Made by a program: the position numbers and the translations under genes | Source of the DNA: a phage | DNA length: 42,515 nt | Direction: 5' to 3' (one strand) | Sequence record: PP754824.1 | Shown here: positions 8,951 through 16,822 of the stretch, piece after piece | Position numbering within the stretch: position 1 is the stretch's first letter | Layout: every line of letters begins with the position of its first letter | Notes under the pieces: generated by a model | Told to the model about the DNA's origin: nothing | The model's input: only the letters and a program-made list of their open reading frames with translations | Databases searched by the model: none

Positions 8951-9111
8951 AGCATTCCTACGGAGGGTGGGTGCATCTACACAACATAACTTCGGTAACG
9001 TGTACATCCAAAATGGCTCAGCCAGAATCAAAATCAACTTGTATGGTAGTCCTTCCTCTATTCATTCACTCCAACACAAATAATTGCTAAATTCGCAACA
9101 ATCAAAAAAAT

Positions 9112-9180
9112 CATTGCATCAGATGCAATATTGCTATATGTGCAATAATGAGATGAATCATTGCAATAACTGCAATAATA
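9112..9180. repeat. iteron-like cluster of five TGCAAT(A) repeats including palindrome ATTGCATCAGATGCAAT
   Basis: Direct reading of the non-coding region just upstream of the rightward early promoter. Confidence 0.5.
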
Positions 9181-9193
9181 CATAAACCCAACG

Positions 9194-9239
9194 AATAGCA
9201 CTTTTTGCTAATGACAAACATTGGTAACGAGACCATAAT
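9194..9239 (+). promoter_or_regulatory. conserved promoter box (AATAGCACTTTTTGCTAA), about 22-nt spacer, -10 CATAAT
   Basis: Plus-strand copy ahead of the rightward early genes; leader CATCAACAACGAGGAGAGAGAT precedes the ATG at 9267. Confidence 0.55.
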
Positions 9240-9266
9240 GAATCCATCAACAACGAGGAGAGAGAT

Positions 9267-9464
9267 ATGAAACTTAAAGACGAAGCGTATGAGCAGCTAA
9301 AGCAGGAATGCGCTCTGATTGGGTTGAACGAGATGTACAGCGATATGGTTTTGCGCGGCAAGATTGATATTGACCTCGCTAAGCAATTCCAGTCAGATGA
9401 TGAGTATCTATGTTGTGATGGCTTGGGCTGTGACGAATGTTTACCCTGGCAAGGAATGAGATGA
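9267..9464 (+). CDS. hypothetical early protein (65 aa, Cys-rich C-terminus)
   Basis: ORF track; RBS GAGGAG. Confidence 0.5.
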   Translation: MKLKDEAYEQLKQECALIGLNEMYSDMVLRGKIDIDLAKQFQSDDEYLCCDGLGCDECLPWQGMR

Positions 9465-9655
9465 TGAAAGTTAAGTGCTTAAATAATCTTAATGATGGAA
9501 CCTGGGAATTTAGAAACGGAAAGCATTACATTTATGATGAAATTTATGGTTACGTAGTTGGTGACAACTTCAAACCAGTTTACTGCTACATTGATGATGG
9601 ACGTGTCATTGCAGCAATTAAAAATAGGCTTATTTTTGAAACAGTAGAAGGTTAG
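9461..9655 (+). CDS. hypothetical early protein (start trimmed to the ATGA overlap)
   Basis: ORF track 9437..9655; ATG at 9461 overlaps the upstream TGA stop. Confidence 0.45.
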   Translation: MMKVKCLNNLNDGTWEFRNGKHYIYDEIYGYVVGDNFKPVYCYIDDGRVIAAIKNRLIFETVEG

Positions 9656-9656
9656 C

Positions 9657-9860
9657 ATGAAACTACTTTGCACCAATATCATTAAAGACTTTAACGACGC
9701 GTTCAATAAGGGCTCTGAATACAACGCTACCGATTTCAAAGATGACATGTGCCTTGTTACCGGAGAGCGTCCACATAAGCATCACGACACGTTTCAGGCT
9801 CTTAAATGCCTTGATTACGTCGTCATCCCAGGCATCGCAACTTTTAAGGTGATTGAATAA
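9657..9860 (+). CDS. hypothetical early protein (67 aa)
   Basis: ORF track. Confidence 0.45.
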   Translation: MKLLCTNIIKDFNDAFNKGSEYNATDFKDDMCLVTGERPHKHHDTFQALKCLDYVVIPGIATFKVIE

Positions 9861-10021
9861 TGCTATTACCATCTGAGATTAACTATTTTGATCTGGAAGT
9901 TATTAGTTCTTACAGCGGCAAGGGCTGGCCTTGCGGGGAATGGTTCAACGAGGACTTGCTTGAATCTCACGAGATTATGCTTAAGGCGATTGAGAAGGCG
10001 AGAAATAGCACGAATTGCTAA
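9860..10021 (+). CDS. small hypothetical protein (53 aa)
   Basis: Hand-translated; ATG overlaps upstream TAA; coding 3' end (ARNSTNC) is encoded by the promoter box. Confidence 0.35.
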   Translation: MLLPSEINYFDLEVISSYSGKGWPCGEWFNEDLLESHEIMLKAIEKARNSTNC

Positions 10022-10048
10022 AGCCCTTCGGGGCTTTTGTTGTATAGT
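10004..10048 (+). promoter_or_regulatory. conserved promoter box (AATAGCACGAATTGCTAA), 22-nt spacer, -10 TATAGT
   Basis: Canonical box; spacer is hairpin AGCCCTTCGGGGCT plus T-run; leader CATCGAAACGAAAGAG. Confidence 0.6.
10021..10038 (+). terminator. rho-independent terminator-like hairpin inside the promoter spacer
   Basis: AGCCCTTCGGGGCT followed by TTTTGTTG. Confidence 0.5.
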
Positions 10049-10080
10049 TTCCTCATCGAAACGAAAGAGAACAAGTAATC

Positions 10081-10245
10081 ATGTTTGACAACTTTTACGA
10101 CGCGATGGAAGAGGCAGTTTTCAGGGCCTCGCTTGATGGAAAGATTTACGGTTTAGTTCAGAAAGTTGATAAGATTGTTGTGCGTATCGTGCGCAAATCA
10201 GTACCAAACAAATTCATGTGGACTACAAAAGAGAGGGCTGAATAA
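10081..10245 (+). CDS. small hypothetical protein (54 aa)
   Basis: Hand-translated; TAATG overlap with the next gene. Confidence 0.35.
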   Translation: MFDNFYDAMEEAVFRASLDGKIYGLVQKVDKIVVRIVRKSVPNKFMWTTKERAE

Positions 10246-10598
10246 TGACTACTACCATAACTAAAAATTTCATTAGCAAAGACAACCAACTGTTTAAAGC
10301 TCGCGTTAAAGATGGTGTCGAGCAAATCAAGAAAGATGGCAAATGGGTTAATCTGGAAGAACGTGGTAAATACATTAAGACCAGAACGCTTTACGTGACA
10401 CATGTTAACCACAAATCTGGCGTTAAGAAGGATTTCAAAGAAGGAAAGAGATACCAGGTGCTAATGCATAGCGGGATGGGTCAGTCTGCTGGTTACATTT
10501 ACGACGAAGATGGTAATGCATGGCAGCTATATCGAAGCGAAGATGTTGGTTTCTACACTCTTTGCCAGACTTACCTATTTGAATCATCTTACAAATAG
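10245..10598 (+). CDS. hypothetical protein (117 aa)
   Basis: ORF track. Confidence 0.5.
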   Translation: MTTTITKNFISKDNQLFKARVKDGVEQIKKDGKWVNLEERGKYIKTRTLYVTHVNHKSGVKKDFKEGKRYQVLMHSGMGQSAGYIYDEDGNAWQLYRSEDVGFYTLCQTYLFESSYK

Positions 10599-10641
10599 CA
10601 GCACGAATTGATAATGCATTATAAGCGGCTGTTGATATAAT
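10594..10641 (+). promoter_or_regulatory. conserved promoter box (AATAGCAGCACGAATTGATAA), 22-nt spacer, -10 TATAAT
   Basis: The -10 lies inside inverted repeat AGCGGC..GCCGCT; upstream of the 527-aa P-loop gene. Confidence 0.55.
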
Positions 10642-10671
10642 GGCCGCTCAGAAACAATACGGAGAGAAGTA

Positions 10672-12255
10672 ATGTTTGATTTCAACGAAGATAAACTATC
10701 TGTTGAACAAGTTATGGCGATTGCCGCGACCGACAACCTCCCACCGCTTCGCGTGGCCATTAATGCAAATGGCTATCGGCAGTCTCAATCATTCTGGAAA
10801 ACACCTGTGGAGATTGACGCAGGTAATGACAAGTACCCTGTAATATCTCTAGGCAATGACATTGATGTTGTTGGTAAGCTCTCGGCAAATATTGCTCGCT
10901 CAGTTCAGTTCCCAGAGTCATCAGCATACATGCACTTTTTGGGTTGTGTGTCCGCTGCGATGCTAGGGCGCTTTACTGTTGAGTATCACGGAACCCAGCA
11001 GCCAACATCGCTTTACGTGGTAACTAGCCAGCCGCCATCTACTGGTAAGTCAGCCATTAACTCTCTGTCAATTGCGCCAATGATTGCTGAGACTGAGCGT
11101 TTGAACGAGGTGCGTAAACGTGACCGCAAAAAGATTATGGCTAAGCTGTCTGCGCTAGCAAAAGAAATGAAACAGGAGAAGTCACCATCTGAGATGGCTT
11201 CACTGTTTGAGGAGAAGGAAGATTTAGAGGAAAAGCTCGAGAAGCTGTGCGATATCGTATTCCCGGTCTCAGATACTACGCCAGAAGGTCTTGCACGAAT
11301 CAACAACCGCCAGGGTAACTTTGCGGTCATCTCGGATGAGGCAACAAGCGTCAACTCATTATTGGGCATGACATACGGTGATGGTTCCAAGAAAACGAAC
11401 AGCGAGCTTGTACTTAAAGCGTGGGATGCTGGTAACGTATCTATTGCCCGCGCTAACGCAGAAAACAACATGAGTTTCGTGGCAATGGGGTGCATCTCTG
11501 TAATTGCTCAGGATGAAACAATCAATGCGATTATGAATGCTGGTGCGCGTGGTATTGGTGTTTCCGAGCGTTTCCTTCTGGTGCGTGAAAAGTCATTTCT
11601 TGGAGACCGCGTGTTTGTTGATGAGAATGGCGATTCAACATACGAGGCTATTGATGATGGTCTTAAAGCAGACTATTTCCGTCTCGTTCATGAAATTATG
11701 AATGAAGTTGAAGTGAAACTGACAGTAAGTGCGTCATCCATGCGCTACCTTAACCGAGCTCGCCAGGAAATGGAACCGCATCTTGGTGATGGCGGTAAAT
11801 ATTCCCACACGATGTTACGTGGTGCTCTTGGTAAATTTGATAAGCAAGCAATCCGTATTGCCTCAGTATTGCACGTTATTCGCAACTGGTTCGCACCGGC
11901 GGGGTCGAGTCCGCAGAAATCAAGAGAGATTGAGCTTGAAACAATGCAAGAAGCGGTTATGATTTTCCACGAGTTAAGCAAGACTTATTTGTCGTCCGCT
12001 AGTGCTGCTGGTCATGCTGGTGATAATGCTGAAATGAATAAGCTGGTTGATATCCTGATTAAGCAAGGTAAGAATGGGAAGGGTGTTGTTGGCGTTCGCT
12101 CACTGTATGAAGCAGCACGCAAAGTTAAACCTTTTGAAGGACAGGCTGGCGTAATGACTCGCATCAAGGACCACTTGGTTCCTATGCTTGATGAGAAAAA
12201 CTATACATGCCTGATTGGTGATAAGATTTACATTAATCCGCGATTGTTGGGGTGA
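10672..12255 (+). CDS. P-loop NTPase, putative replication initiation/helicase-type protein (527 aa)
   Basis: Walker A-like QPPSTGKSA and Walker B-like AVISDEAT; N- and C-terminal segments have paralogues at 7541..8074. Confidence 0.55.
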   Translation: MFDFNEDKLSVEQVMAIAATDNLPPLRVAINANGYRQSQSFWKTPVEIDAGNDKYPVISLGNDIDVVGKLSANIARSVQFPESSAYMHFLGCVSAAMLGRFTVEYHGTQQPTSLYVVTSQPPSTGKSAINSLSIAPMIAETERLNEVRKRDRKKIMAKLSALAKEMKQEKSPSEMASLFEEKEDLEEKLEKLCDIVFPVSDTTPEGLARINNRQGNFAVISDEATSVNSLLGMTYGDGSKKTNSELVLKAWDAGNVSIARANAENNMSFVAMGCISVIAQDETINAIMNAGARGIGVSERFLLVREKSFLGDRVFVDENGDSTYEAIDDGLKADYFRLVHEIMNEVEVKLTVSASSMRYLNRARQEMEPHLGDGGKYSHTMLRGALGKFDKQAIRIASVLHVIRNWFAPAGSSPQKSREIELETMQEAVMIFHELSKTYLSSASAAGHAGDNAEMNKLVDILIKQGKNGKGVVGVRSLYEAARKVKPFEGQAGVMTRIKDHLVPMLDEKNYTCLIGDKIYINPRLLG

Positions 12256-12258
12256 TAG

Positions 12259-12594
12259 ATGTTTCTACTCGACGTATACAAGTTCTGCGAAGGATACAGG
12301 AACTTCAACCGCCAGCACCTGGCAAGATTCATCTACAAGCACAAGGATTGTGCAAGGATGGCTAAGGCCGCTGGAGTTGATGAAAGGTATTTTGCATCTA
12401 GTTGCTCGAAGGAGTTTATGGCGAGAATGCTTACGGCTGGTTATCTTGATGGAGTTAATGGCGTGTACTGGTCAAAGGGTTCAGGCAAGAGGCCATTCCA
12501 GTTTGAGTTTATGAGCCTTGAAGGTAAGTCTAGTGCTTATGTTAATGAGATGATGAATATAGCAACCATGAGTGACGAAGAATTGTTTGCATAA
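12259..12594 (+). CDS. hypothetical protein (111 aa)
   Basis: ORF track. Confidence 0.45.
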   Translation: MFLLDVYKFCEGYRNFNRQHLARFIYKHKDCARMAKAAGVDERYFASSCSKEFMARMLTAGYLDGVNGVYWSKGSGKRPFQFEFMSLEGKSSAYVNEMMNIATMSDEELFA

Positions 12595-12621
12595 AAATAG
12601 CCCCATTACGGGGCTTTTTTG
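12594..12621. terminator. bidirectional rho-independent terminator at a convergent junction
   Basis: AAAAAT-AGCCCCATTACGGGGCT-TTTTTGTTTTT. Confidence 0.7.
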
Positions 12622-12992
12622 TTTTTCCTGAATATTACCAAAAGCAGAATGATGATGATGCACAACATAATTCCACTTCCAACCCACGGGATTGCAGAAG
12701 AATCATTGTTTGTGATTTCAATCTTCTCAGCTGTGATTGTTGACGCTTTGATTGAGTTATCAGAAGTCTTCTTACCGCTTGAGCTATCAAGAGTGTCAAC
12801 ATTAGAGTTCTTCAACTCAGCCTTTGCATTGGAACTTGAATAAACCTTGTTTGTCAGACCTACGCCAACCTTATTGTTCTCCGCTCCAGCCTGGGCGCTA
12901 ATCTCTGGCTTACTGCCAATCAATCCGGTCAGTGCTGATGTTGCCGAACAACCAGAAAGAAGAATTGCCGCAGCAATTAATACAGTCTTCAT
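12606..12992 (-). CDS. unimolecular spanin (outer-membrane lipoprotein signal plus C-terminal transmembrane segment)
   Basis: Lipobox LLSGC near the N-terminus and hydrophobic C-terminus IMLCIIIILLLVIF followed by RKNKK; architecture of phage T1 gp11-type u-spanins. Confidence 0.65.
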   Translation of the reverse strand: MKTVLIAAAILLSGCSATSALTGLIGSKPEISAQAGAENNKVGVGLTNKVYSSSNAKAELKNSNVDTLDSSSGKKTSDNSIKASTITAEKIEITNNDSSAIPWVGSGIMLCIIIILLLVIFRKNKKAP

Positions 12993-13474
12993 TTACCAAC
13001 CCCGCTTAAGCACAATTTAATCTCCTCGTTACGCCTGTTTACGAGACCCTTGACTACCTTCAGCTTGCCATTTATTCGAGCCTTGTTCCACATCCCGAGA
13101 GCCTTGCAACCCTGCTCAACTTTACCCTGGTTAATCAGCCGTACAGCCGTTGACTTCCTCATTGCAGAACCGCCAACGTTATAACTAAAGCTGATTAACG
13201 CCGCCCTTGTTTCTGGTGAAATTGGATAGGTAACTGCATCCTGCACATACTTACCATGAATCTTAATGTGCCTCTCCAGCAAGTTACGGCACTCCCTTGC
13301 GCTGTATACTTTACCAACAATAACATCTGGGCCAGTCACACCAGAACAAACCGTAGGTATGCCAGCAATATCCATATATGGCCTGTACCCTACACCCTCA
13401 ACAAGCTCAATAACCGGCGCTGCGATGTATATTGCCGCTGCCGTCGCTGCACTAATTATCAGCCTTTGCTTCAT
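12989..13474 (-). CDS. SAR endolysin (GH24 lysozyme with N-terminal signal-anchor-release domain)
   Basis: Catalytic-triad pattern E-x8-D-x5-T (LVEGVGYRPYMDIAGIPTVCSG) after a weakly hydrophobic N-terminal segment AATAAAIYIAAPVI. Confidence 0.8.
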   Translation of the reverse strand: MKQRLIISAATAAAIYIAAPVIELVEGVGYRPYMDIAGIPTVCSGVTGPDVIVGKVYSARECRNLLERHIKIHGKYVQDAVTYPISPETRAALISFSYNVGGSAMRKSTAVRLINQGKVEQGCKALGMWNKARINGKLKVVKGLVNRRNEEIKLCLSGVGK

Positions 13475-13689
13475 TACTTACTCCTTATCTTGATTGCTGT
13501 TTTTAAGTCTCCTGATTCAAGTGCTCGTCGAATCGCCTGGCTATCCTTAAACTTCCAGTAAGACCCCCATAACCCAAAAACGATAAGAGCTACAAGGCTG
13601 ATTATTGCGACTGTGATTTGACCAGTTGCGGCGCCAGTTACAGCAGCCCCGCCAGTTGATGCCGTGGCGGCGTTAAGTACTTCCCTCAT
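13474..13689 (-). CDS. putative holin/pinholin (71 aa from the internal ATG)
   Basis: Single hydrophobic segment ITVAIISLVALIVFGLWGSYW and charged C-terminus; immediately upstream of the endolysin; the ORF-track start at 13767 would run into the upstream terminator. Confidence 0.5.
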   Translation of the reverse strand: MREVLNAATASTGGAAVTGAATGQITVAIISLVALIVFGLWGSYWKFKDSQAIRRALESGDLKTAIKIRSK

Positions 13690-13763
13690 GTGATCACCTT
13701 TAAATCCTAATTTGTCAATAGATAGTGTAAATATAATACAGTAGGCCAGTTCGGATTGTAAGC

Positions 13764-13790
13764 ACAAAAAAGGGGAGCCAAAAGGCCCCC
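13764..13790 (-). terminator. rho-independent terminator (minus strand)
   Basis: GGGGGGCCTTTTGGCTCCCC followed by TTTTTT on the minus strand. Confidence 0.6.
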
Positions 13791-13817
13791 CACTTGTAAA
13801 ACTATGTTTTTGATGTG

Positions 13818-13991
13818 TTAATCTGCGATAATAAATTCCACCAAAGAGCCATCAATCGGCGCAAGGATGTGAGTCATATCGTCGCCATAAATCTTGTAGT
13901 AACCGCTACCAAGATGCTCGCCGCTGTATGGCTGATTCTCAGTAAACGGAAGCGTCTTTGAGTTGTTTTTCACGCAGTATAGTTTAGTCAT
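13818..13991 (-). CDS. small hypothetical protein (57 aa)
   Basis: Hand-translated; promoter box, TATAAT and RBS upstream. Confidence 0.4.
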   Translation of the reverse strand: MTKLYCVKNNSKTLPFTENQPYSGEHLGSGYYKIYGDDMTHILAPIDGSLVEFIIAD

Positions 13992-14022
13992 TTTTGAATC
14001 CTCTGTTGTTTTCGATTTGGTG

Positions 14023-14067
14023 ATTATACCTAATTGCTGTGGCGATTGTTTAGCGATTAGTGCTATT
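14023..14067 (-). promoter_or_regulatory. conserved promoter box (AATAGCACTAATCGCTAAACAATCGCC), 22-nt spacer, -10 TATAAT
   Basis: Canonical architecture; leader AATCGAAAACAACAGAGG. Confidence 0.6.
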
Positions 14068-14069
14068 TA

Positions 14070-15209
14070 TTACATTCCAGGTCGATAGATATGACGACCA
14101 ACCTCGCCAAACTCTTTGTGATAAACAATCGCGGCAGCCTGACGATATGAGCGCCACCCCCCTCGTGCTGCATACGCATCCTTGCTTGCTAGTGCTGGAT
14201 GTACTTCGTCAATACCAAGAGTGCACTCTGTTACTGTTGCGTGGTGAAAATGCCCGGAATGGCAATAAACGAACTCGCATTCACCAAAGTCTTTCCTGTA
14301 ATCAGTTGCCATAGCTGCAAGTCTACCTTCCGCTTTCTTCATTGTGTGACCATGAGTGTAGCCAAGTAGTGTTGAGCCAAATCTTGTCTTGTGCATAATC
14401 GCAGGGCTTACATCAACAAAGACACGACTCTCATTTTCATAAAATGCAGCCATCGCAGCCCGAAGCCAGATCATGCCGCTTTGGTCATGATTTCCCTCGA
14501 TAATTTGAATGTCAACACTTTTATGCTTTTTAAGCATCTTTTCTACAGCGCCACGAATTGATCTAATTGCGATGTAGACTAACTTAGCGTAACGGCTATC
14601 TTGGTCAAGGCAGTGGCCACTAGCTGGAGTTACCGCCTCAAGACCATCTGAGTGGAGATAATCACCGCCAACAAGGATGACTGCCTTTTCTGAAGCTGGC
14701 GAAACTGATATTGCATGGTCAAAGTATGAGCCCATTAGTTTTTCTGCCGTTGCCGTGTCATAATTTTCACCAGACTCGTGGCGATGGGCCATCATTCCAA
14801 TATGTATGTCGAAAATTGGATACAGTGTCATTAGGTCAGGGTTTGTATCTTTGCCTGAATGCTTAACTTCCTCACACTTTGGCAACTCAGAACAGAAAGC
14901 CTCTCGCGCTTGCTCGAGCATAATTTCAAGGCGTTCATTATCAACGCTCGTCTTAACCCAGCGCAGCTTCTCATTCCCATCCGCATCAATCATGGTTGAA
15001 GTACCCTTGACTAAATAGCCGTCCGGCACTAACTTCTTGATACCATCATTGCCATGCCCAAACAAACCACTCTTAGCTAACTTACTGCGACGAAGTTCAA
15101 CGTTGCGAATGTTCATGTCGTACTTCTCCGCAATCGCCTTGTTAGTCATGCCGTTTTTAAGTTCTTCGATTAGCTGATCGTTGGTAATCTTTGCTACTGT
15201 CATTTTCAA
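14070..15209 (-). CDS. calcineurin-like metallophosphoesterase with N-terminal helix-turn-helix domain (379 aa)
   Basis: Metallophosphatase signature blocks DIHIG, GGDYLHSDG, EGNHD, GYTHGH, CHSGHFHH; N-terminal 50 aa resemble an HTH (NKAIAEKYDMNIRNVELRRSKL). Confidence 0.65.
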   Translation of the reverse strand: MKMTVAKITNDQLIEELKNGMTNKAIAEKYDMNIRNVELRRSKLAKSGLFGHGNDGIKKLVPDGYLVKGTSTMIDADGNEKLRWVKTSVDNERLEIMLEQAREAFCSELPKCEEVKHSGKDTNPDLMTLYPIFDIHIGMMAHRHESGENYDTATAEKLMGSYFDHAISVSPASEKAVILVGGDYLHSDGLEAVTPASGHCLDQDSRYAKLVYIAIRSIRGAVEKMLKKHKSVDIQIIEGNHDQSGMIWLRAAMAAFYENESRVFVDVSPAIMHKTRFGSTLLGYTHGHTMKKAEGRLAAMATDYRKDFGECEFVYCHSGHFHHATVTECTLGIDEVHPALASKDAYAARGGWRSYRQAAAIVYHKEFGEVGRHIYRPGM

Positions 15210-15284
15210 ATCCTTAGTTCATCACGATAAAATATAAGATAGTAAAGCTAAACAGTGGTACTAATACTACTAGGGCGGCGTACT

Positions 15285-15536
15285 TCATACAACCTCCTTC
15301 AGCCAGTAATCAATTAAATTCGCACTAATTGCTAATTTCTCGTCCAGGTCAGTCATGCAGAGATTGCCGCACGCTGGCGAGTAATAAATCTGAACCCACT
15401 TTCCATCCTTCGTCTTCGCATTAACATCCGCATAGTCAGGAGGAAACCAATCAGCAATAGGTATCGCCCTAAACTTAGCACCACTACTCCCACTCACCAA
15501 ATCATAATGCTCAGGCTGAAAATCTAATCCAAACAT
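15285..15536 (-). CDS. hypothetical protein (83 aa)
   Basis: ORF track. Confidence 0.45.
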   Translation of the reverse strand: MFGLDFQPEHYDLVSGSSGAKFRAIPIADWFPPDYADVNAKTKDGKWVQIYYSPACGNLCMTDLDEKLAISANLIDYWLKEVV

Positions 15537-15538
15537 AA

Positions 15539-15781
15539 CTAACCCTTCGTTATCTTAAATTTGAATCCCTGCTCTTTCAGGAACTCATTTGTGTCTATCG
15601 TTACGCCAGGCTTAACCCTGACATACTTGCGCGGCCTTTCATCCATGTACGTAAATTTACCGTTGAAAATAACGCTGATATCTTTTATATCAAAATACTT
15701 AGATATCATCTTAATGTCATCCTGAAGCCCAGCCTCTGCGCAGTGGGTCCATACCGCGGCCCTTCCTGTTTCAACTATCAT
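15539..15781 (-). CDS. hypothetical protein (80 aa)
   Basis: ORF track. Confidence 0.45.
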   Translation of the reverse strand: MIVETGRAAVWTHCAEAGLQDDIKMISKYFDIKDISVIFNGKFTYMDERPRKYVRVKPGVTIDTNEFLKEQGFKFKITKG

Positions 15782-15903
15782 AAGCCGTATGCCATTTTCA
15801 GGTATTCACGAGCGCACACCCATGACCATTGTGAATTATTCTTAACAGCGTCAATCGCATAAACCTGTGCAATCTCGAACATCTCTTTATCTAAGATTTT
15901 CAT
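15778..15903 (-). CDS. small hypothetical protein (41 aa)
   Basis: Hand-translated; ATGA and TAATG overlaps with both neighbours. Confidence 0.3.
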   Translation of the reverse strand: MKILDKEMFEIAQVYAIDAVKNNSQWSWVCAREYLKMAYGL

Positions 15904-16124
15904 TATTTAAAATCCTCTGGGCAATCTTTCTTCATCTCTGCAATGTCTGCAACCATTCGGTCGCGCCACGTTTCGATATCAGTTCGCAAGTAATCTTCCT
16001 CAAAACTATAATCCAGGCAACGAGCCAAATCCCAAACATCACCTTTATATCCAGCCTTGTGCAACTCCTGCGATGCCATTGCCTGAAATAACTCCCACTG
16101 CTTGTCAAAGGTTAAAATCGCCAT
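15903..16124 (-). CDS. small acidic protein (73 aa)
   Basis: ORF track; D/E-rich. Confidence 0.45.
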   Translation of the reverse strand: MAILTFDKQWELFQAMASQELHKAGYKGDVWDLARCLDYSFEEDYLRTDIETWRDRMVADIAEMKKDCPEDFK

Positions 16125-16324
16125 TACTCAGATACCTCATCAAATTTCTCGCCAAACGCGTTTTTAACAGTTTCTAAATCGTCTTTGTAAGTTGGGCTGA
16201 CTTCAAATGCGTAGTTAACATCTTCAACATCAATAAGAATATAACCATCATCTGTGATAGCAAGTGAGTATTGGTAACCGGTCTTGCGTGATTCGTAGAA
16301 TTTTCCAGTATAGATAGTAGCCAT
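16124..16324 (-). CDS. small acidic protein (66 aa)
   Basis: ORF track; D/E-rich; promoter box upstream. Confidence 0.45.
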   Translation of the reverse strand: MATIYTGKFYESRKTGYQYSLAITDDGYILIDVEDVNYAFEVSPTYKDDLETVKNAFGEKFDEVSE

Positions 16325-16362
16325 TTTCTTTCTCTCTTCGTGTGTTTCGTTTCGATGAAGTG

Positions 16363-16407
16363 ATAATACACCACTTCATCAATTCGTCTTTAGCAATTCG
16401 TGCTATT
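16363..16407 (-). promoter_or_regulatory. conserved promoter box (AATAGCACGAATTGCTAA), 22-nt spacer, -10 TATTAT
   Basis: TAG stop of 16403..16822 lies in the box; -10 inside inverted repeat GATGAAGTG..CACTTCATC; leader CATCGAAACGAAACACACG. Confidence 0.6.
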
Positions 16408-16822
16408 TTCTAATCATCTCTGCGAATGCAGCAAGAAAACCATCTCTGCCGTAGGCAACTCCTGCGAAACCGCCTGATTCCCTTACGCTTTTTAGGAATG
16501 ACTTTTGCTCATCACTTACTGGGCTAGCCTGTGTTTTCCCAGCCCTCTTTAGCTCTATTGCGCCAAATGGATAACTTCCTCGTAATGACTCAGGTATTAG
16601 AAATAGGCAGTCTGATACGCCTTTAAGAAGTCCTTTAGCCTGGTCTTTCCTTGCCTGACCAATGCTCTTCATTGATTCATTAACTGTGTGCCAGTAAACA
16701 ACCTGCGGATAGTTATACTTAACCCAATCAGAGCAAAAGATTTGTTCGTCGTCTTCCTTCGGGCATGACTTCACCGGGCCGCCATAGAACTCGAGGTAGT
16801 CAGTTTTGTCTGTAACTTTCAT
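16403..16822 (-). CDS. VRR-NUC domain nuclease (139 aa)
   Basis: PD-(D/E)xK-type pattern GVSDCLFLIP ... GAIELK. Confidence 0.65.
   Translation of the reverse strand: MKVTDKTDYLEFYGGPVKSCPKEDDEQIFCSDWVKYNYPQVVYWHTVNESMKSIGQARKDQAKGLLKGVSDCLFLIPESLRGSYPFGAIELKRAGKTQASPVSDEQKSFLKSVRESGGFAGVAYGRDGFLAAFAEMIRK

Noticed and set aside
11013-11981. ORFs 11013..11495 (-), 11729..11962 (+) and 11745..11981 (-) within the 527-aa gene
   Set aside because: Antisense or alternative-frame ORFs overlapping a long gene with clear Walker motifs.
13256-13561. Plus-strand ORFs 13256..13561 and 13266..13493 in the endolysin region
   Set aside because: Antisense to the SAR endolysin gene, which has a clear catalytic motif.
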